Assembly (NCBI GenBank): GCA_964426915.1
Contig: CAYRTD010000004.1
Location: 1,490-65,489 of the forward strand
Direction of reading: 5' to 3'
Source of the DNA: an uncultured Bacteroidaceae bacterium
GTDB taxonomy: Bacteria; Bacteroidota; Bacteroidia; Bacteroidales; GCA-2748055
Length of the DNA: 64,000 nt
Numbering within the stretch: the first letter of the stretch is position 1; each line of letters opens with the position of its first letter. Shown one piece after another: positions 57,399-64,000 of the stretch. The position numbers and the translations under genes are program-made. The notes below the pieces were generated by a model. The model was given only the letters and a program-made list of their open reading frames with translations. It had not been told where the DNA came from and did no database searches.

Positions 57399-58688
57399 TT
57401 AATCAAACTTCCTTTTGAAGAACCAGAAATCATGTAACGTAAAGCTAAGATTAATGATCCCGTAATTCTCCTTTACCAGGCTATTATCTGTTGTTCCTCT
57501 TTGACCCAGAACCACTCCCAGGTTAAATGTGGTTTTTGTTCCTCTGAACGGTAGACCTACTCCAAAAGTTATGCCATAATCTTTTAACTGTTCACCACGG
57601 ATGCGAAGGTAGGAGTTTGAATAATATCCTCCAAGCCTGTAATGCACCCTGTTATGGTATCCTCTGAATGCTTCAGGATTGGGAGTATATTCTACACCAA
57701 AATTCATGGAATTTGAATTCACAAGAGAATCATTTTCTCCCATAATACTACTCTCACTCCAGTTCTGTAGCTGGTATTCTCCGGTAAGAACTAATTTTTT
57801 ATGTATGCCAAACGAGAGTCCGGCACCATAGCGGGAAGGATAAATAATGTCTCCCTGATCATCTTCTTTTTTTAGTACAAAACCGGGATTGATTACAGTA
57901 GAATCATTCAGGGCAAATGCATTTCCGGGAAAGGAATTTTGATAAAGTGATGTTCTTTCTGCACTTAAGGCTGTTTTTTTATCATAAATTGCTCCGAGTG
58001 TGAAAAAATACTTATCGTTGAAAACTTCATGGTATTGCATGCCGAAATTGAGCAACATGTCCCGGATTACCAACCTTTCATCAGCGTAAGTCTCTGAATA
58101 GGTCCCCTGACCCGGAAACCTTACATTCTGGGCATTCTGAATATACCCGAATAGGTTAGAGAGATTAACTCCCAGAGATAATTTTTTGAAAAGCATAACC
58201 GAGGTACCCAGATAAAAACGGTTTAGTCCCCCGTTGCCTTCAAAAAAATAATCGACAAGACCCAGATCAGGATCACTTTGTTGATCGATTATTTTATAAC
58301 CAACAGAGCTAAATGGGGTTATTCCTGCAGAAGCTTTCCACCAGGGAGCAATGGTGAAGCCAATGGCCAGATGATCCAGATTCATGTTGGTTAAACTGGA
58401 ATTAAGATCCTCCGTCTTATATGTAGTTGAAGATCCGGTAAGGCCAAAGTCGAATATGAACGACATGCTATCGAGGGCACTATAGGAGGCGGGATTTACC
58501 AGGTTGATGATTTTATTCGATCTGATGGCGATCCCTGCACCTCCCATCGAACGGTTTTGGGTAAAACCGGGCTTGTTCAGTTCTCCAAGTCCAAAGCGTG
58601 AATAAGGTGAATAGGTATTGACCTGTGCAAAGGCAGGCAATGTCATTACAATAAGTAATAAACTTGTAAATATTTTTTTAACTGGCAT
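57399..58688 (-). CDS. outer-membrane beta-barrel protein (conserved, function unknown)
   Basis: Signal peptide ending AFAQ. An SPYSRFGLGEL motif, an alternating beta pattern, and a C-terminal F-rich strand. Confidence 0.6.
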   Translation of the reverse strand: MPVKKIFTSLLLIVMTLPAFAQVNTYSPYSRFGLGELNKPGFTQNRSMGGAGIAIRSNKIINLVNPASYSALDSMSFIFDFGLTGSSTTYKTEDLNSSLTNMNLDHLAIGFTIAPWWKASAGITPFSSVGYKIIDQQSDPDLGLVDYFFEGNGGLNRFYLGTSVMLFKKLSLGVNLSNLFGYIQNAQNVRFPGQGTYSETYADERLVIRDMLLNFGMQYHEVFNDKYFFTLGAIYDKKTALSAERTSLYQNSFPGNAFALNDSTVINPGFVLKKEDDQGDIIYPSRYGAGLSFGIHKKLVLTGEYQLQNWSESSIMGENDSLVNSNSMNFGVEYTPNPEAFRGYHNRVHYRLGGYYSNSYLRIRGEQLKDYGITFGVGLPFRGTKTTFNLGVVLGQRGTTDNSLVKENYGIINLSFTLHDFWFFKRKFD

Positions 58689-59406
58689 TATATTCTAAAA
58701 TTCTGTTAAGTCCGTAAAGGTTCAAATTCGAATCCACAAAGATGATATTTTTTAGCTTTTTATCAAAAAGTTTAACATCACCACCTGTTAAAACTATTTT
58801 CAGGTCAGGATATTGTTGTTTTAAATCATTGATATATCCGTCAACTTCATAGACAATTCCCGAGAGAATGCCTGAGATTATTGCTTCCTCTGTATTATTT
58901 CCGGGAAATGACCAGGAATCTTTAAGTTCTACCAGTGGAAGTTTTGCAGTGTATTTATTCAATGCCCGGGCTCTGGTGTATGCTCCCGGAGATATTGATC
59001 CTCCCAGGAACTGTCCTGCCGAATTTATCAGATCATACGTAATTGCAGTACCTGAATCGATCACCAGGATATTGTGGCCCGGAAACTTTTCAACAGCTCC
59101 AACGACTCCTGCTATACGGTCAAATCCCAGGGTGTCTCGCGAGCTGTATAAATTTTCAATGGGCAATGGAGTATTTTTATCGAGATCAATGCAGAAATCC
59201 AATATATTTTCTAAATAATCAAAGATCTCGGGTGAATAATCGATAACTGATGAAACAATAGCTTTGCGGATGGAAGGAAATCTTTTCATAACCGCTTCGA
59301 AATCTTTTATACCGGGATCTTTTACGATATTTTTATGATAAATTTCATCTTTATTAAAGACAGCAAATTTTACATTGGTATTTCCCAGATCTACAATTAA
59401 ATTCAT
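58678..59406 (-). CDS. coaX: type III pantothenate kinase
   Basis: LIVDLGNTNVKF, VIDSGTAITYD, and about 242 aa. Confidence 0.9.
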   Translation of the reverse strand: MNLIVDLGNTNVKFAVFNKDEIYHKNIVKDPGIKDFEAVMKRFPSIRKAIVSSVIDYSPEIFDYLENILDFCIDLDKNTPLPIENLYSSRDTLGFDRIAGVVGAVEKFPGHNILVIDSGTAITYDLINSAGQFLGGSISPGAYTRARALNKYTAKLPLVELKDSWSFPGNNTEEAIISGILSGIVYEVDGYINDLKQQYPDLKIVLTGGDVKLFDKKLKNIIFVDSNLNLYGLNRILEYNAS

Positions 59407-59677
59407 TCAGTTTTATGATATTATTAGCTAAGATTTTCTTAAGCTTTGCAAAGATATTATAATAATTCTACTTTGACAGATTGTATTTTTAAATGACTTA
59501 AGTTTCACACTAAAAATTTTATAAAAAGAATGGGATTATCCTAAAGTTAGTGCTTTATAACATTCTGTCAAGAAATGCCCGGCTTCTAGAATTATCGCAC
59601 AAACAACACCCTACTGAGGTTTCAATTCTGATATTCCATAATAACTTTTTTCCTTCTTTTCAATTCCATTTATTTTC

Positions 59678-62600
59678 CTATCTTCCTTCCAGCACTCTCT
59701 CTATTACCTCAATTGCTCCGGAAACACTGTTTACTTCACGAACTGTCAGGCGCAATCTGTCATTATCTTCTTTCATTTTCACTTTACGGGTTCGATGCTG
59801 CACGAAGGAAAGGACATTAGTGAAGGCCTCGGAGCGATAGAAGGCCGATTCCTGGTCGGCAATGAAAAACATCACCATGGTATTATTCCTGATCATGATC
59901 TTTTCAATACCAGACCGCATAGCCAGCCATCGCAATTTTACAGCCTTGATAAGTTCTTCTGCTTCACCGGGAACCGGACCGAATCGGTCTTCCAGTTTTT
60001 CCCTGAAAATTGTCAGGTCGGTTTCTTCTTTCGCATTATCCAGTTCACGGTATAGTCTCATTCGCTCGGTAATACTACTGATATATTCTTCAGGAAATAA
60101 TATTTGAAGATCTGTGTCTACCTGGCAGTCCTGTGAATAATACCTGGGTTTTTTCAGATCTTTCTTTTCCTCTTCTTCATAGATATGTCTGAATTCATTT
60201 TCTTTCAGCTCAAGAACAGCTTCCTCAAGAATTCGCTGATAAGTTTCATAACCCACATCGGAAATAAAACCGCTTTGTTCGGCGCCAAGAAGATTGCCTG
60301 CTCCCCTGATATCCAGATCCTGCATGGCGATATTGAACCCACTCCCGAGTTCGGAATATTCCTCTATTGCCTTTAACCTCCGACGGGCCTCTGGTGTGTT
60401 TAGATGAAGAGGGGGGGCAAGAAGATAGCAAAAGGCTTTTTTATTGGAACGACCCACTCTTCCCCTTAACTGATGAAGATCGCTCAGGCCGAAATGATGA
60501 GCGTTATTGATAATTATCGTGTTTGCATTTGGTATATCAAGTCCTGATTCAATGATTGTAGTAGCAATAAGAACATCATAATAGCCCTGGACAAAATCGA
60601 GCATGATATTCTCCAGTTTTTTTCCTTCCATCTGGCCATGGGCTATTACGGTACGGACCCCTTTGCAGGAGCGATTAACCAGTGCTTCTATTTCTGAAAT
60701 ATTTTGCACCCTGTTATGAATAAAAAACACCTGACCACCACGTTCTACTTCATATTCAATAGCTTCCTTAATAATATCTTCATTAAAAGAATGAAGTTCG
60801 GTCAGGATGGGGTGGCGGTTGGGGGGAGGCGTATTAATTACTGAAAGATCGCGTGCACCCATCAGAGAAAACTGGAGGGTCCTTGGGATAGGTGTAGCTG
60901 TAAGGGTAAGCGTATCTACATTAATCTTGAACTGACGAAGCTTTTCTTTTACGCTTACACCGAATTTTTGTTCTTCATCAATAATAAGCAATCCCAGATC
61001 TTTGAATTTAACATCTTTTCCCACGAGTTTATGTGTGCCGATAATAATATCAATTTCACCCTTTTTCAGTTTATCCAGGGTTTCTCTTTGATCTTTCGAA
61101 CTTCTGAGACGGCTAATATATCCCACCGTGCAGGGAAGCCCTTTCAAACGATCACGAAATGTGTTATAATGCTGAAGCGCAAGTATGGTTGTCGGAACAA
61201 GCACAGCCACTTGTTTGGAATCTGTCACTGCCTTGAAAGCCGCCCGGATGGCAACCTCAGTCTTGCCAAAACCAACATCACCGCAAACCAGCCTGTCCAT
61301 GGGGAAATCTGCTTCCATTCCCTCTTTAACCGCTTCGGTTGCTTTTATCTGGTCGGGAGTATCTTCATATATAAAAGAAGCTTCAAGTTCTCTTTGAAGA
61401 TAGGAGTCGGGAGTGAATGAATAACCTTTTTGTTGCTTTCTTACTGCATAAAGTTTTATTAGTTCTGCAGCTATATCCTTGACTTTTTTCCTGGTAGTGC
61501 TTTTTAGTTTCTGCCATGCACCTGAACCAAGTTTGTATATTTTCGGGGTGGAATCATCTTTACCTTTGTATTTCGAGATTCGATGGAGTGCATGAATGCT
61601 CACAAACAGTACATCCTTATCTTTGTAGATAAGACGTACCGATTCCTGCTTTTTTCCGTTTTTCTCTAAAGTTTCAAGTCCGCCGAAAATCCCAATACCA
61701 TGATCAATATGAACAACATAATCGCCCGGCTTCAGGTCGGTGAGTTCTCTTATGCTGAGAGATTCCTTCCGGTTGTAACGATCTTTTATTTTGTATTTAT
61801 GATATCTTTCAAATATCTGGTGATCAGTATATATGCAAAGCTTTAGGTCGTGATCAATAAATCCTTCATGAAGGGTCTGAAGACAAAAATCAAACTCCAC
61901 ATCCGGATTCAGTTCATTAAAAATATCTTTCAGCCTGTTGATCTGGGCTTCGCTTTCCGATAAGATAAATACTTCGTAATTTTCCTGTTTTCTTTTTACA
62001 ATGTCCTCGGCAAGCAGCTCAAAATTTCTGTTAAAAACCGGTTGTGGACTTGTATGAAATTCTGCTTCTTCACCTGCAACTGAGGAGAAAGGGCCTCCGA
62101 ACTCGTTTTTTACCAGTGGACTAAGATCTGCTTTTAATGTTTCTGAGTTGACAATAACCTCATTTTTTACCAGGGGCTTTTCCGGGTCCTCAATTTCAGT
62201 TTTCTCAAAGATCTCATCAATACGTGAAAAGACTATTTCAAAATTATCTGCCCATACCTTTGTTCCTTCAGGCAAATATTCAAAAAAGGACACTCTTCTT
62301 TTTCCTCTTTCCTTTTCCCACTGAATATTCGGAATGAGGCTCATTTTTTTTATTTTTTCTACCGAGAGCTGTGACTCGATATCAAAGCTTCTGATCGATT
62401 CTATTTCATCACCGAAAAAATCAATACGGTAGGGTAAGGTCGAAGAGAATGAAAATATATCAATGATGCTGCCTCGAATGGCGAACTGACCCGGTTCAAA
62501 AACAAAATCGACAAGTTCAAAATTGTACTCGTGGAGGAGGTCACTGAGGAAATCCCTGCTGACCTTTTCTCCTGTCATCAGCTCAAAACTATTGTTGTTA

Positions 62601-63010
62601 AGTTCAGCCCTGCTGAGAACTCTTTCCATCAAAGCTTCGGGATAACTCACAATAAAACTGGCTGTCCTTCTTTCGCTCAAGCGCTTAAGGACTTTTGTGC
62701 GGGTAATTATGTTATCATCATCGGTCTTTTTGTATTGTATGGATCGGGTGTAGGATGAAGGGAAAAACATTGTTCTGTCTTTGCTGTCGAGGGTTGTCAG
62801 ATCGTTGTAGAAAAAGGCAGCCTCTTCTTTATCATTCAGAATGATCAGGTGACTTCCCTTGAGCTCTGACATGAGCTGCTGTATATATATAGCTTTTGCT
62901 GAGCCACTCAGTCCCTTCATCCGGATAAGCTTCCCTTTACCGGCATCAGAGAATATTTTTTTCTGAGTATTTTGAGGCCATTGGGAATATTTTTCGAGTA
63001 TTTTTTTCAT
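59678..63010 (-). CDS. mfd: transcription-repair coupling factor
   Basis: UvrB-homology N-terminus, a CarD-like domain (GDYVVHIDHGIG), Walker A GDVGFGKTEVA, DEEQKFG, and a TRG/C-terminal domain. The ATG at 63010 is preferred over the GTG at 63019. Confidence 0.97.
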   Translation of the reverse strand: MKKILEKYSQWPQNTQKKIFSDAGKGKLIRMKGLSGSAKAIYIQQLMSELKGSHLIILNDKEEAAFFYNDLTTLDSKDRTMFFPSSYTRSIQYKKTDDDNIITRTKVLKRLSERRTASFIVSYPEALMERVLSRAELNNNSFELMTGEKVSRDFLSDLLHEYNFELVDFVFEPGQFAIRGSIIDIFSFSSTLPYRIDFFGDEIESIRSFDIESQLSVEKIKKMSLIPNIQWEKERGKRRVSFFEYLPEGTKVWADNFEIVFSRIDEIFEKTEIEDPEKPLVKNEVIVNSETLKADLSPLVKNEFGGPFSSVAGEEAEFHTSPQPVFNRNFELLAEDIVKRKQENYEVFILSESEAQINRLKDIFNELNPDVEFDFCLQTLHEGFIDHDLKLCIYTDHQIFERYHKYKIKDRYNRKESLSIRELTDLKPGDYVVHIDHGIGIFGGLETLEKNGKKQESVRLIYKDKDVLFVSIHALHRISKYKGKDDSTPKIYKLGSGAWQKLKSTTRKKVKDIAAELIKLYAVRKQQKGYSFTPDSYLQRELEASFIYEDTPDQIKATEAVKEGMEADFPMDRLVCGDVGFGKTEVAIRAAFKAVTDSKQVAVLVPTTILALQHYNTFRDRLKGLPCTVGYISRLRSSKDQRETLDKLKKGEIDIIIGTHKLVGKDVKFKDLGLLIIDEEQKFGVSVKEKLRQFKINVDTLTLTATPIPRTLQFSLMGARDLSVINTPPPNRHPILTELHSFNEDIIKEAIEYEVERGGQVFFIHNRVQNISEIEALVNRSCKGVRTVIAHGQMEGKKLENIMLDFVQGYYDVLIATTIIESGLDIPNANTIIINNAHHFGLSDLHQLRGRVGRSNKKAFCYLLAPPLHLNTPEARRRLKAIEEYSELGSGFNIAMQDLDIRGAGNLLGAEQSGFISDVGYETYQRILEEAVLELKENEFRHIYEEEEKKDLKKPRYYSQDCQVDTDLQILFPEEYISSITERMRLYRELDNAKEETDLTIFREKLEDRFGPVPGEAEELIKAVKLRWLAMRSGIEKIMIRNNTMVMFFIADQESAFYRSEAFTNVLSFVQHRTRKVKMKEDNDRLRLTVREVNSVSGAIEVIERVLEGR

Positions 63011-63083
63011 GGTGGCCACAAAATTAAGAAAAAAAATTGCGCTAATGGAGAAGAAGATTAGCCTTTTCCAGGGCTTCTCTAAA

Positions 63084-63103
63084 AGAGCAGATCCAGTTGC
63101 TCT
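63084..63103 (-). terminator. weak candidate terminator after fbp
   Basis: The 6-bp stem AGAGCA/TGCTCT is followed on the minus strand by only TTTT. Confidence 0.3.
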
Positions 63104-63143
63104 ACTCTGTTGACAAACTCTTTTTGCTGCCCTGTCTCATCCC

Positions 63144-64000
63144 TTACCCAAAGTTCCGGATAAACTCTTCCACCTCCAGTACCATATTTCTGGAACCTGT
63201 GAACAGGGGGACTCGCTGATGGATAGTGCGTGGAATGATATCCAGAATACGGTTTCCATTCCCGTCGGTTGCCAGTCCACCTGCCTGTTCCGCAAGAAAT
63301 GCAATGGGATTGGCTTCGTAGAGGAGTCGTAATTTCCCGCCGGACTGTTTTGCTGTTGAGGGGTACATATAAATACCCCCTTTTATCAAGTTCCGGTGAA
63401 AATCCGATACCAGTGAACCAATATACCTTGAAGACAGGGAGTCTTTTCCTTCCGTTCCTTTGGATCTATCCAGGTATTTCTGTATCCCGGGAGAAAACTG
63501 TTTGTAATTCCCTTCATTAATGGAGTATATTCTTCCGTCTTCGGGAGTAACTAGCTTATAATGAGATAGACAATATTCCCCGAATGAAGGGTCAAGGGTA
63601 AATCCGGTTACACCAAGGCCTGTTGTATATACAAGCATGGTTGATGATCCGTATACTACGTAACCTGCGGCAACCTGTTTATTACCGGGCTGAAGGAGAT
63701 CGTTTTCATCAGGGACGGAACCCTGATCGCTTAGCCTTCGGTAAATGGAAAAGATCGTACCTATAGAGACATTCACATCTATGTTTGATGAGCCATCGAG
63801 AGGATCTATGCATACTACGTATTTTCCATCAAGAGCTATGGATTTATTGAATGTAATAATATCATGGTTTTCTTCAGAAGCAATTGCACAAACCTCTCCG
63901 CTGGAGGATAATATTTTAATGAAGCGCTGATTCGCAAATTCATCCAGCTTCATCACATCCTCCCCCTGAATATTGCTTTTCCCGGCCTCTCCCAGGATGT
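63144..64000 (-). CDS. fbp: fructose-1,6-bisphosphatase class 1 (5' end outside the window)
   Basis: The reading frame stays open to the window edge (...[23 protein letters not shown]). [17 protein letters not shown]-like GSSTMLVY and YEANPIAFL motifs are present. Confidence 0.93.
   Translation of the reverse strand, partial: ILGEAGKSNIQGEDVMKLDEFANQRFIKILSSSGEVCAIASEENHDIITFNKSIALDGKYVVCIDPLDGSSNIDVNVSIGTIFSIYRRLSDQGSVPDENDLLQPGNKQVAAGYVVYGSSTMLVYTTGLGVTGFTLDPSFGEYCLSHYKLVTPEDGRIYSINEGNYKQFSPGIQKYLDRSKGTEGKDSLSSRYIGSLVSDFHRNLIKGGIYMYPSTAKQSGGKLRLLYEANPIAFLAEQAGGLATDGNGNRILDIIPRTIHQRVPLFTGSRNMVLEVEEFIRNFG

Noticed and set aside
59550-59840. 96-aa + strand ORF overlapping the 3' end of mfd
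   Set aside because: It overlaps a strongly supported gene, and its Ser/Leu/Phe-rich product is typical of an off-frame translation.

Overview
This is an AT-rich, gene-dense chromosomal segment. Gene content and synteny point to Bacteroidota. I saw no rRNA, tRNA, CRISPR array, transposase or integrase.

Most of the window is conserved housekeeping:
- A complete Bacteroidota-style dcw cluster at 35.6-50.8 kb: mraZ-rsmH-ftsL-ftsI-murE-mraY-murD-ftsW-murG-murC-ftsQ-ftsA-ftsZ, followed by a GatB/YqeY protein.
- lepA, groES-groEL and secG.
- lptE next to a sigma-54 activator.
- kdsB, rnhA, a YebC-family gene and purF.
- A GlsB/GlsA-like amino-acid-lipid acyltransferase pair.
- A PpiD-like foldase, a CNNM/CorC protein, lptC, coaX and mfd.
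- fbp, which is cut by the window end.

More accessory-looking genes:
- A secreted sulfatase.
- An RprXY-like two-component pair.
- A J-domain polytopic membrane protein.
- An IPExxxVDY protein.
- A porin-like outer-membrane protein.
- A radical-SAM protein with a winged-helix-like tail.
- An FtsX/MacB-type permease.
- An orphan SiaB-like HATPase-fold protein.
- An S46 peptidase.
- An MG2+Plug protein.
- ORF6N, MORN and zinc-ribbon ORFs at the left edge.

I do not see a convincing novel multi-gene system. Nothing resembles a defence, secretion or biosynthetic cluster.

The most unusual signal is non-coding. Two families of mosaic, hairpin-rich, locally GC-rich intergenic repeats (MITE/REP/BIME-like) occur at 10 or more loci.
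- In one 46-nt hairpin, two adjacent base pairs are swapped in a compensated way between the two full copies.
- In three minus-strand genes the stop codon falls at the same position of the repeat unit.
- Inverted copies of the second family bracket the porin gene.

Other points worth checking are an orphan intrinsic terminator with a consensus -7 box (a candidate sRNA or leader) upstream of the J-domain gene, four phased MraZ boxes upstream of mraZ, and a G-run tract upstream of the ppiD-like gene.

All repeat boundaries and alignments were made by eye and are approximate.
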